Positions 13,301-26,000 of a DNA stretch of 64,000 bases are shown one piece after another (positions within the stretch are counted from its first letter, which is position 1; each line of letters starts with the position of its first letter). The notes under the pieces are model-generated. The model had not been told where the DNA came from, searched no databases, and was given only the letters and a program-made list of their open reading frames with translations. Origin of the DNA: Mytilus trossulus (Eukaryota); the NCBI RefSeq assembly GCF_036588685.1, contig NC_086373.1, forward strand, positions 42,098,001-42,162,000, given 5' to 3'. Made by a program: the position numbers and the translations under genes.

Positions 13301-16300
13301 TACTTCCCATTTCATTTATTCATTTTAAATTTCTCTTCAGCATTATGGAAAAAAAGCCAAAAAGAAATTAGAATATCGACATAAAAAGATCGTTGATGAT
13401 TTTCACAGATCAAGATGGAGAGAAGGCGACTGGACAGATGACAGTGACCAAATGATTCTCATTATGAGATCTTTAGTAGACTGTGGTGGTAAGGTATGTC
13501 TCAGAATTTACAGTCGACATCAAACGCTCTCGACAACTTTACAACTTTCACTTCATAAAAATGCGGGTAGAAGAATTGATTGTCTATCCAGTAAATTGAG
13601 AAATGACTAAAACAATGTAAATCGAAACGAAAGGAATATTTCTTCAAATATTATTATGGTTGTTAAGTTATTTTTTATTGTTATTTTCATTTGATAGTCC
13701 GATTAACGTGCTGGATAGAAAATAAAAACGTATGTGTCGGGTTTCCATTATTACTTTATTGTTAGATATCAAAATATTTTATGTACATTTTTTTAATCTA
13801 TTTTCAAATACCGTATAGCGGGTTATTTTTGCGGGTGTAAAATTTCGCGATTTTCATTGAATAAGGTATACAAAATATTTTGGCGGTTATAATTTTGGCC
13901 GATTCTAAACTTTTATCAATACTTTTGCATGTACACTTTTAAATTGGCGGCATTTATTCTGGCGATTATGTTCTATCCGCGAAAATAAGCGAAAATAGCA
14001 CGCTGTACGGTGTTAGTCCTTGGTCATCAATAACGAGATCGAATAGACGTTCATTAATTGTCTAAAATCGCATCTAGTACAGTAAAATTGGTATGGATCA
14101 TATAACCGTATTTGGCAGTGTTTAACTACAGATTTTTCCTATGCACATCAAAATGAAATTTTACCATTCAAAAAAAGGTCTAGAGGCAAAACACAAAACA
14201 CAAATCACATTAAAATGACGTCTGAAAATATTACTATAATATTAAAAAATATTTTATTTTAGGTAGATCCAGTTGACTTTGCTAAAAAGTTTAAAACCTG
14301 GATTAAGAGTGGTTTTAGTGAGTGTGGTGATTTGTGTGGATTGGGTATAGGTCTTACAACAATGATGGTAACGTCACGCCCGGACTTCATTGAAGACCCA
14401 CACGAGGTAAGACTCATTCCATGTGATACTTACCATAAACTGGGTACACTGAACAAACAAAAGTACGAGCAAATATAAAGTCTTGTTGTATTTCCAAAAC
14501 TTTTCATTATAAAATAGACAACTCATATTATATTTGAGCACCTTTAATATAATTAGCAAATACTATATTACCATTAAGACCAAGTAAAATCTGCCAATTT
14601 TAGGAGTTATCAGCTAAATGGTAAGTGGTCAAGAAACTCCAACTTTGTACTTATTTTCAATGCTAGTTAACGTCGTAATTGTTTCTAATTCTCTTCAACT
14701 TCGCACTTGATTTCAATTATCTTCAAATTCGTACTTGATTTCAATTCTCTTCAACTTCGTACTTGATTTCAATTCTCTTTAATTTCGCACTTGATTTCAA
14801 TTATCTTCAAATTCGTACTTGATTTCAATTCTCTTCAACTTCGTACTTGATTTCAATTCTCTATAATTTCGTACTTCATTTCAATCCTCTTCAAATTCGT
14901 ACTTGATTTCAATCCTCTTTAACTTCGTACTTCATTTCAATTCTCTTCAACTTCGTTATTGATTTTAATTCTCTTACACTTCTTACTTGATTTTAATTCT
15001 CTTCATCTTCGTAATTGTTTCAATTCTCTTCAACTTCGTACTTGATTGCAATTCTCTTCATCTTCGTAATTGTTTCAAATGCAGCTTCAACTTCGTATTT
15101 GATTAGGCCCTTTTTAGCTCACCTGGCCCGAAGGGCCAAGTGAGCTTTTCCCATCACTTTGCGTCCGTCGTCCGTCGTCCGTCGTTTGTCGTCGTCCGTC
15201 GTCGTTAACTTTTACAAAAATCTTCTCCTCTGAAACTACTGGGCCAAATCAAACCAAACTTGGCCACAATCATCATTGGGGTATCTAGTTTAAAAAATGT
15301 GTGGCGTGACCCGGTCATCCAACCAAGATGGCCGCCACGGCTAAAAATAGAACATAGGGGTAAAATGCAGTTTTTGGCTTATAACTCAAAAATCAAAGCA
15401 TTTAGAGGAAATCTGACATGGGGTAAAAATGTTTATCAGGTCAAGATCTATCTGCCCTGAAATTTTCAGATGAATCGGTTAACCTGTTGTTGGGTTGCTG
15501 CCCCTGAATTGGTAATTTTGAGGAAATTTTGCTGTTTTTGGTTATTATCTTGAATATTATTATAGATAGAGATAAACTGTAAACAGTAATAATGTTCAGC
15601 AAAGTTAGATTTACAAGTAAATCAACATGACCGAAATGGTCAGTTGACCCCTTTAGGAGTTATTGCCCTTTATAGTCAATTTTTAACCATTTTTCATAAA
15701 TCTAAGTAATCTTTTACAAAAATCTTCTCCTCTGAAACTACTGAGCCAAATAAATCCAAACTTGGCCACAATCATCTTTGAGGTATCTAGTTTAGAAATT
15801 GTGTGGCGTGACCCGGTCAACCAACCAAGATGGCTGCCATGGCTAAAAATAGAACATAGGGGTAAAATGCAGTTTTTGGCTTATAACTCAAAAAGCAAAG
15901 CATTTTGAGGAAATTTGACATGGGATAAAAATGTTTATCAGGTCAATATCTATCTGCCCTGAAATTTTCAGATGAATTGGACAATCGGTTGTTGGCTTGC
16001 TGCCCTCCAATTGGTAATTTTTAAAGAAATTTTGCCGTTTTTGGTTATTATCTTGAATACTATTATAGATAGAGATAAACTGTAAACAGCAATAATGTTC
16101 AGCAAAGTAAGATCTACAAATAAGTCAACATGACCTAAATGGTCAATTGACCCCTTAAGGAGTTATTGCCCTTTATAGTCAATTTTTAACAATTTTCATT
16201 AATTCGGTAAATTTATGTAAATTTTTACCAAATATTTTTCTCTGTTACTAATGGGCAAGGTTCATTATAGATATAATTGTAAGAAGCAAGACCGTTCAGA

Positions 16301-19300
16301 AAAGTAAGAACTTCCAACACATCACCATCACCAAAATACAATTTTGTCATGAATCCATTTGTGTCCTTTAATATGCACATAGACCAAGGTGAGCGACACA
16401 GGCTCTTTAGAGCCTCTAGTTATATTTGTTAATTGAGTGTCACTAATTCAGAGTCTTTTGTAGACAAAACGTACGTCTACCATGCAAAATTTTAATCATG
16501 GTATATATGCTGTGTATTTCCTGGAGCCGGCTTCACTGAAGAACTTAAGACTAAGATCGGTCGTAAGTATACTGACTTGTTCATTACTTAAAATCAATCT
16601 TAGTCGTAAGTGTTTTTGTGAAACCGACTCCTGGCCCTTCTAGATGTAAAGAAAAAAATACACCTTTAGACTAAATAAAAAAAACATAATTTTGGAATAA
16701 CTTATTTTAGCCTTTTGACTAGGGACTTTTTGAATATTCCTCGGAGTTCAGTTTTTTTTTTTGTGGTTTTATTTTTTATGATAGAAAAAGATTATGCATA
16801 ATTTTATTTTTGGTTTTAAGATCAAAATGGTTCTGAATCTTTCATATTACAACCATAACACTTAAAACTTTTTAACACAACATTTTAGGTAGCTCGATTT
16901 GTTTGGGATACACATGATAGAAATATTGCTTCCAATGGTGCTGTAATGAGGACCTCTATTGTTGGTATTCACATGTACTGGAGTTTAGATGATGTGACAA
17001 AAAATGCAAGGGATTTTGCAAAAACAACACATCACGATCCAAGGTTAATTAATTTATTTAGTATAGTTAAATGCACACTCAACATCAGTAAAAACACATA
17101 CGATATTTTTAAATTTATGCAAAGTATTCTCCCCCTTAAAAAACCAAAAACAAAACATCTTATATCTCCAGATAAATCTAGATCTTTTAAATTGTAGAAC
17201 TTTATATTTTGTGCAAAGGTGAGGCCAACAGGCTCGGGCTTTGAAGAATGTGTTCAAGGCTCCAGCTTATCAAAACTATTGGCCTCCACTTGCTGGTAAA
17301 CAAATCATCTGATGCTTAATTTCTAAGAAATTGATTGATTGCATGTGTTTAACACAATTTTCCCTAGTCGCCAAATCTTTTAAAACCGAAGTGACCAATC
17401 GACGTGCAGCAGAAAAAGTTACAATCGTAGTCAATTAAGATAAAGCCGAACACATGTACCACGTGTGGTGTTCGAAATCACAACCCTTAGTGTTGACAGG
17501 CTTGTGTTGTAGTTGTTTTACTACTTAGTCTATGGCCACCGAGACCTTTTTTCAAGGATTGGAAGATATCAGAAATGGGATACCTTCCCCTTGAATCCGA
17601 TACAACAGAATTGTTCGCTTCTCTTCTTTGACATTCGTTTCCTTATAATTCTCTTATTTTCTGATAATGTCTTTTATATCGTGTGTATCAGTGAGTAGGT
17701 TAATTATATACTATTTTTTTTACCTTTAAACCGATTGTGGAATCATATCAATCAAAGCATCTGTTATTCAAAATCATCATCATGGCATGTAAAATAGAGG
17801 TAACAGAAATATATAAACAAAAGTCTGGGTGAAATAATCGAAACGAGATTGTTCCTTTAATCAAACTGAAAAATCTCAAATGATTTCAGAAATGTTACAT
17901 AAAGATGTTTTGAAATATCCAATCGAAAGCAATTGAATACTTGGCTAAATTTCAAACAGAAATGATAAGGTATTGGAATAGAAAACATTTGACATGAAAT
18001 GCGATTCCTCCGTTACTGAATAATGATGACACTTAAAACGCAATTGACTATTGAGAGCAAAACTGACCTTGAAACTGACTTTTACTCATTATGTGTGATT
18101 ATCTACTAGGTGCCAGGCTTCAACAGTAGCTGTGTCTGTTGCTATAGCGACCATGTTACAAGGAAAGCACATGGACAAAAATGGCAATTTCATAGTCAAA
18201 GATATAATACAAGACGCCTACAAATATGCATCAACGTGTTTAGAAACGGACACAGAAAAGAGAGACCTTATGTTTTATTTGACATGTGAAAATATCGAAG
18301 ATTTGAAATTAGATGAAGCCAAAAAAATTGGCTACACATATAAATCCATGGGTACAGGATTTTGGTCATTAAAGCAAGATGATTTCCGGAAGACAATCAC
18401 AAATATTGTGATGCAGGTACAATTTTAATTATAGTTATTCTTGCAAATCCAGTGATCACTTTTGAAATTCTTACTTGTGACGCAAATTTTACCCTCATTT
18501 TCAATATCATCATTTCAGCATCAAGGGTTTAAAGAAAATATGGTGAATTGCGGCAATAATAGATAAAGGGCAAATAAAAACTTTAATTTAACATCAAATT
18601 AAAAAAAAATGAATTAATGCAATTTTTTTTAAAAAGATACCAAAGGGATAATTAAACTTATTAGTCGAAAACAAACTGACAATTACAAGGGAAAAAAAGA
18701 AATTTAAAACGAGCAAATAAAAATACTAGTGCACAAAACACAGCATAGAAAACTCAAGACTGCACAACACGAACCCCACTTACTATCACACTTTGGTTTG
18801 CATAGTGTGGTTCAGCACTTAAAATACCGGGGTTGTTCTTTATGCGTGCTTTACATGAAGCGCTATATTTGGTTTATCTCCTCTTATAGATTTAAAGAGG
18901 TTAATTGGATTTTATTAAAGAGGGCAAGGCAAGTGTCTCGAATTTTTTTATATGTTTTTTAAATTTTGTATTAGCTCATTCTGTCTTGTCGGTTTTCTCT
19001 GTATCCTATGTGCATATCTTTATTAATTATCTAAATTATTTTCTACTTAGGGAGGAGATGCCGATACAAACGCCTGTGTCGGAGGTGCTTTACTGGGATG
19101 TAAACTAGGTATGTCTGCTTTACCAAAGTCGTGGGTGACGAAACTTTTACATAAGGAGTGGTTGGATAATGAAATAAAAAAGTAAGTTAACTGTATATCG
19201 AATAGGTATAACATGTTATGAACAGTTGACGTACAGACAATTACCAAGCCTTGAAATTAAGAACGTCATTTGTGCGTTTTGTCAACTATTCAGTGCTGCG

Positions 19301-20798
19301 TTATTTCTTAAATGAAGTCAATATGAACGAAAGGATGAGCATTTAAAATGAAAACTTCCAAAAAGTTGTATCATATCTGTCTACGGTCAAGTACGTCTTG
19401 TGAAAGTGTGAATGCTTTTGTTTTCAAAACTACTCGAAAATAACATGATCTGTAAAAACTGAAAGCTTTACATCCGTTTTTTGACAGGTTTTCGAGCTTC
19501 GGTGCTCGCTTGCAATTTTTTTTCTTCATATTTGTCGTCTATACTTTCAAATTTTAGTTTTTTTAATAAATATCATTGTAAACCTGGCTAATTGTGAGTC
19601 TAATATAAAGCTTGGTACTTCACTTACAGTCAAACACGTATACTTTAATCTGATGTTCTTTTATCTTCTTTTTTTTTAAGTCAGATTCATTCTGTACCTA
19701 TATTCATTAATAACTGTCCTCATACTTTATAGCGTATAGGTTCACAGAATACACTGAATAATCGTATTCACTTGAAGGAAAGTTATGCAGATAAAGGAAG
19801 ATATGATGTTAGTGCCAATCAGACAACTCTCCACTCAAATAACAATTTATAAAAGTAAACCATTATAGGTCAATGTACGGCCTTCAACACGGAGCCTTGG
19901 CGCGCACAACTAACAACAAGCTAAAAAGGTCCCTAAAATTACTAGTGTAAAACCATTTATAGTCTTGTACTTCATTTATTTACAAATACAACCTTGAAAT
20001 GTCGTATCTTTGATGCATCCTAGTTATTCATGTTCACATTATCTATTATATGTCAACTTTTTATTTATATATATCATACATGTATTTGCAATCCGGTTCT
20101 TCATGTCCATGCATCATATTTTAACTTGCCACTTTATCATGTATATCTTGTACTTCTTATTTTAGTCTGCTCGTTTATGTATGGGTAGTATAAATATACT
20201 TAAATATATTTTGGTTTGATACTTTGTAACTGATATTTTATGCACCCACTTTAAAACTAGGTATATCATGGTTCTATGTTTTATATGAATTTACCTTTTC
20301 CGTGTACTATTTTTTTATTATTCTCTATCGTTATATAAGTACGAACACTTTACCCGGATACTGTGTGTTCCTAAATTTCCCCCGGTTTTTAATGTACACT
20401 ACATATATTGATGTGGTATTTTATGTATCTATACTTTTTCCATTCGAAGTTTTATTAAGCAACATACTTCATTTATTAAATCTTTCACTTCGTATTTTAT
20501 AAAGAAGGTGTAAAGGAGACCCTGATTCCCACTATCCCTCCCCCACTACCACCGGCCATTCCCATAACTCATACTTCCCTATCTCTTTACTCAGATGAAA
20601 ATAATTTATTTGACATTTTTTTTTTCACCATATCCTTCTATTTACTCCCCCTCTTCCCTCGGTTCCTGTCCACTGACTCACATACCAATGTGCACCTCTA
20701 ATATATGGTACATCAGTCTCATTAAAATTTATTTGATGTATTGCAGATACTTTGAAATGATGAAATGGGAAAGGATTGATAAATCAAAAGTAAAATGA
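10383..20798 (+). CDS. ADP-ribosylglycohydrolase (ARH/DraG/Tri1-like family), 8 exons, 363 aa
   Basis: Join 10383-10415, 12740-12856, 13341-13493, 14263-14406, 16889-17043, 18110-18416, 19051-19181, 20747-20798 = 1092 nt. All introns are GT-AG with compatible phases and there are no internal stops. Family motifs: GQCIGDAIG, GDWTDDSDQ, SNGAVMR, THHDPR, GGDADTNACVGGALLG, LPKSW. Exon 1 (MANSGDGESAS|gtaagt) is the least certain. Confidence 0.92.
13811..14010. mobile_element. MITE, Tc1/pogo-like
   Basis: TA|CCGTATAGCGGGTTATTTT ... AAAATAGCACGCTGTACGG|TG; internal TTTTGGCG-type repeats. Confidence 0.65.
14640..15103. repeat. 28-bp minisatellite (~16 copies), intron 4 of the intact ARH gene
   Basis: Unit TGATTTCAATTCTCTTCAACTTCGTACT, at the position equivalent to the 4425-4600 array. 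Confidence 0.9.
15111..16421 (+). mobile_element. Helentron-associated interspersed element (HINE/DINE-1-like) with internal tandem repeat
   Basis: T-run plus subterminal IR GCTCACCT (15117) / AGGTGAGC (16387); 5' stem-loop GGCCC-GAA-GGGCC; (CGTC/CGT)n microsatellite 15162-15205; two ~500-bp internal units starting ~15210 and ~15712; 3' hairpin AGGCTCT-TT-AGAGCCT followed by CTAGTT. Confidence 0.85.
16524..16630. mobile_element. Harbinger-like MITE
   Basis: CTG|GAGCCGGCTTCAC ... GTGAAACCGACTC|CTG (CWG TSD); TIR related to the 61174-61978 element. Confidence 0.7.
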
Positions 20799-23002
20799 AA
20801 AAACTCAACATGATCGAAGAGGATAAATGTGTAGATATGGAAAAGGACACAGAGGAACGCTAAATAATTAGTTGGAAAATATCAGATAATCGCGAAATTA
20901 CTTTACTATTTGCTTTGACTTTACCAGCTTCCCCCCATTGCTTCTAACAGTTGTCTCAGTATCTAATGACAATGATGATAGTTGGCATGGAAAGAAAATT
21001 TGAGATCTCTCGTTCTTTTGATAGAGGCAGCTTTACTTGGTAGTTCGAGAAGAATTAAAATGAAAAGAGTTATAGCATGGTTTATCTGAGAAGAAAACAT
21101 ATATTTAAGAACTTTTTTCTGGCATTAACCTTGTCAATTTAGATGTTTTTTTTCCAGATTATGCAAAGTTTGTTTCAATATTGAACTCGAGTAACTAATT
21201 GGACCATGATACATTATTGTCACTCTTTATTTTGATTTAAAACTCATTAAACAATTGCATGTATAAACTATTTGATATTGCGATGGTGTGTTTGATGGAG
21301 ACGACGCGTCTATATGTATGCTCAGATGTATGTTTGCATCCTTCCTATTACAGTTAAACTGCTGCAAGTTATTGTCAGGATTTTCCTTTACTTGATTTTT
21401 TTACGATTTTTTTTACGATTGTTAAATTTCTATAGACGTAAACTTGTCGTGTTTTGTTATCAATGCTGCTATGCTTTTTAGTTCGAGTAGATTTAAAATG
21501 AAAAGAGTTATAGCAAGTATCTCTTTAAAATATTCCAAATGTGTTAATAAACGTAGATAACTTTCTTACTTACATTGCTCTATTCTTAAGATTTAAAGGA
21601 AGGTAAATTCGTGTTCTTGTTGTTTTTTTGTTTTGTGATATGAATGTGTTTTCTGCAAACAAGCTCCAAGATCATTCAAATATTTTTTTTTACTTTATCA
21701 AATATTGCCGAGCGCCGTCATTTCTATTGTATATCAATATGACAAACTCCGAAGCAATGGTGACAAAATGATACGGTTTTCGAAGAGATTGGGAAGTATG
21801 ATCCTAAGAAAGTTTGTCAATATGGATGATAAATGATTTGAAATGTGTGTTTTTTTGTGTTTTTTTCGTACCATTATAAACTGAATAACAAGGAAAATAC
21901 ATTTGTCAAACGAATATTAATACAAGGAGGTGTTTGGTATATGATGTTCATGATACAACAACTAAACGACACATACAAAGTTTAACCAAAGACATTTGAG
22001 GAAGACACAACTTCAATGATTTGATGCTAATAACACAGTTTAAAGGTTATAAATGCTTTTTATGAGAATATATTTTGTTTCAGCTTATTTAATTGTATAA
22101 CATAGGATATATGTATTGGTTTAGATATATTTTTGCAATATATATGAAAAAATACAACGGTGTGGAATATGATTTAACATGTATGTGGAACATGAATAAT
22201 CATGTGGGTGGAATATTTTGATATACATGCTGTAATTGTTAAAAACTTTTCATTTCAACATCTAACTTTCTTCCCATTTATCATTTTTGTATTGATGTTT
22301 ACTGAAGTTGAGTACGACAAATGTTCAAAGTGATATTATTCATTAACATTATGGTATGTATGGTATGTATCTGAATTTTTATTAGATATTGTCTTATTAT
22401 TTCATGGACTCGAATTTTTGTAAATTTTTGGACAAATTTTTGTCAGAAGCATTTCTTGTTTTTATTGTTATTCACAAAAACAGCCCTATAGTATATATGT
22501 ATATCACAATCCATGTTCTTCATCATCCAATCGGAAAAAAGAAAGATACACAATTCATTATTTAAATCCAAGACGTCTTTTTTTCTGACAGAGCTGAAGG
22601 ACAGGTGATGTACCGCTATTTAATGCGAATGTTTTTGAAGTTTTGAATAGTTGCATAATATTTGTTTTATTGATTTGTATGTTATCGAACATAAAGCTCA
22701 AATGTTAAAAGTTTTTTTTTAATATATCAAACCATGGAAGTATACATTATATTCATGATCAAACGTATGTGTTATGCTTTATTGTTATAGTAGTCTAATA
22801 AATATAAGTTATAGTCTATGTTTCCAATACCTGCATAATTTTAGTAATATAATTATATGATGTTTATTCAATGTTAGATGCTTATCTTTTACAAGTTTTG
22901 TTATGATTTATACTATATTGATATGAAGTATTCATTGAAATAAAGTTATTGCCATATTTTAAATGCTAATAATTTTGATCTAAGAAAAAAACCTGTACAT
23001 GC

Positions 23003-23177
23003 CAGAGGCGGATTTAGGAGACAGTGTACCCCTTTTTTGGGGGGAAATGTGGTAGATTATTTTGAGAATTACTGAAGCATGACTAGAACAGGCCCCTTGC
23101 CCCTTATAAGGCAGTCAGCGCCCGCCCCCCCCCCCCCCCCCCCCCCCCAATTATGAACATTTTTGGATCCGCCACTG
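23003..23177. mobile_element. Short TIR element (CAG termini, hAT-like MITE) with poly-C tract
   Basis: CAGAGGCGGATTT ... GGATCCGCCACTG; C run ~23126-23148; no clear TSD. Confidence 0.65.
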
Positions 23178-24899
23178 TATTTGTAAGGGGTAGGGGTATG
23201 ATCTTACAGACCTTACAATTGCTGTTACTCATGAAAATAAAAGTAGTGCACTTCATTCACAAACACCAGGTCATCGTTTCCAATTCTCAACGAGTCAAAA
23301 CTGGTGTATAAATAGAAAATATGTTGGAAATATTACACAAACGGAGTATACAGTACCTAACCAAAGTATTCGTCACCTTCCTTATTTTGCTATCTATTTA
23401 TATAAAAACATTTTTTTTTTCAAACAATTATTTTGAGGGAATTAATGGTTGGATTTTGTTCCAACAAGGTCTTAAAATACGTAGAATTGTCTATAGTATG
23501 TTTGTTTATTTGGTTATAGTTTTGTGACTGTTTTCATGTGTTTTTGTTTCTCTTGATGTGAACATATACAATCCTTTTTTGTAATTTAATTTGGTTGAAT
23601 ATATTCTTAACAGAAAATAATACTTATGTTTATCTTGTGAAAAAAATAATGTTCATACCTTTTACGTTTTATGCATGTTCCGTGAGTAAATTAATAAAAC
23701 TGCTCTGTAGGTGCAGAAAAAAACGTATTTTAATTAGAAAAAAGATATCAATTTGCTGGATATAAACGTCCTTGTTCATTTATCTCCATTAAAACAATAT
23801 AAAACGCATTATTTCGAGTTGATAAGCATTCGATTCTGGGTTTTTTGTTAAAAATGTGTTGTCCCGGGTAACATTTGACGATGAAAACTGAAGTATAAAC
23901 CTTCTTTTCGCCTTCTTTTTTTACCGATTTTCTTAAAAAATTATTTGCCGCGAATCACCATGAAATGGCAATACTTTATGACGTATTTGAATGGCGGCTA
24001 CTGACGTCATATTCTGTTTCGCCAGGCAAATCGGCAAAGTTGCATTGTGTCCTATCTCCATTTCCGCAGCTAATTCATCGAAAACAGTCCAAAAATACGG
24101 ATAAATGATGTCATCAGGTGTGAAATTGATAAAGCTAGTATAATGTTGTTTTTCTGTAATTAATTAATTTCAAAAGCAAAATCGTTTAAACACAAAACAA
24201 AAAAAGATTGTACATTTTTAAATTTGGTGAAAAAATGTCACACGTTCATTTTTTTGCAAATACGTTGCGTACAGTCGTAATTAAAGCTGACTAGGTTTCG
24301 TTTTGCACTTGATTGTCGACAGAGGCATTCTAATATAGAAATGTTATTTTTCTAGTCTTTCCAAAATACCTATATTGATCTCCATAGCATTCGTACTTTC
24401 CGAATAAAATATGTTTAAAATATGGTGAAAAAGATGTCACACGCATTAAATTCATAACGGCGGCAACCTGACGTCGTTTCGAATTGTGAAAACAACAAAA
24501 TACACGGCTCCATGAACAAGCGCACAACTTGGTCGATTGTCGGTGCATGCATTTTAAAACTATAAATATATATAGAGAGACTGTTTAAGCTACGGTTTGA
24601 TTTATCTTTATGTTACTGATTTTCCGATCCTTTTTGTTATTCCTCGATATTAATAAGTGTTGCCGTCGACGCAGAACAGATTGCATGTTTTATTTTGCCC
24701 GCAAATTTTAACTTGGGTGCAAAACTTTCAAATTTTTGTTTAAACAATTAAAACGTGGGCGCGTAATAGTTTGAGCATTTCTTTTATGCGTTTTTATCTT
24801 TTAGCACTACTTAAGAGGCTTCTTTTAACACGCGTTCCATTTTTCAAAACTCAATCATAATTTTTTGGTAATGATTTTAATTTGCAGTTAACAAAAGCA

Positions 24900-26000
24900 C
24901 GTCTGCTTTGAGATTTGAAATGTGGAAGGAGAAAAAGGCACAGAAAAACAGAGAAAGGTGTTAACAAAAAAACGAAATGAAGAAAAACGAGAGAATCAAT
25001 GCATTAAAACAAAAATGTCACAGTTGTGGTTATTCTGACACTTCCGCGGCCAAGAGAAAAAGAAAAGAAAGGAAGATAAAAGCTGATAAAAGACTTTATG
25101 AAACTGAACGGAAAAGAAAATATAGGAAAACTAAAAATAAAGATTCCGCTATTCACACTATAAATGACATTAAAAATACGTTTTCGAATAAGATGGAAAA
25201 AAGCAGGACTGTAAAGGCAATGAAGAGTGCACTCCCTACAACACCGAAGAAAAGAGTAGCAGTAATGGCCACGTATTTAGAAAAAACAGACATTAAACTT
25301 GGCAATGCTGTTCTAAATGATCTCAAGGAGATAGTCGACCAGGCAAAATTTTCAAGATCTGATTCGGCAAGAACTGCATTAAGTGTAATTGTAGCAAGCA
25401 CAAGTGGTAAAAACATAACTAAAGAACGAAAGAAAACTTTGCTTTCAAGAAAGTTGGGACTACCCCTTAAACGGATATCGAAAGGAAAGAGAGTACGCAC
25501 CCAAATATTTAGTTCTGAAAAGTCATGTTGGACATAATATATTGAGAGAAAAACGAGGAAAGATGCTATTACTGACGATGTAAAGAAAATCAAGTACAAT
25601 TTTTGGACAGATCCTAATACATCCCGTCCGTCTGGAAACAAAAATGACACAAAGCGTATCCGTATTGGTCCCAAACAATTTTTAAACTCCTATTTATATA
25701 CTTGATAAATCTCAAACTGAGGTGTTCAATGACTTTTGTAAAAATAATCCAAACATAAAAATGAACCAAAGAACATATGAGAGATTGAAGCCGTATTTTG
25801 TTCGGTCAGCAAGACCAAAAGATCGTGTTACCTGCTGTTGTCGCTACCACATAGAAGCAAGAACTTTGTTTTCAAAAACAATGGAGTTTAGAAAAAAATA
25901 CACAATTCCAAACATTTTAGATTTCGAGAAAAACGTATACCCTATTTATGAACACCTGACAGATATCGCCGTTGCTACTGTATGTGATAAGGATCAGGTT
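24900..26000 (+). mobile_element. Decayed DNA-transposon coding region (transposase N-terminal part, probably Sola-like)
   Basis: ORF 24977-25537 continues past a TAA as YIERKTRKDAI..FWTDPNTSRPSGNKNDTKRIRIGPK. After a frameshift at ~25685 it reads ..ILDKSQTEVFNDF..QRTYERLKPYFVRSARPKDRVTCCCRYHIE, a Cys/His motif I recognise from invertebrate cut-and-paste transposases. No DDE core or TIRs found; the family assignment is from memory. Confidence 0.55.

Noticed and set aside
14640-15103. 28-bp and 70-bp (50359-50690) arrays as CRISPR arrays
   Set aside because: Units are contiguous with no unique spacers, there are no cas genes, and the context is eukaryotic and intronic.
23126-23148. Poly-C tract as a regulatory G-quadruplex
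   Set aside because: It lies inside a MITE, homopolymer length is unreliable, and nothing else supports a function.
25153-25674. 173-aa minus-strand ORF
   Set aside because: Antisense shadow of the decayed transposase frame.
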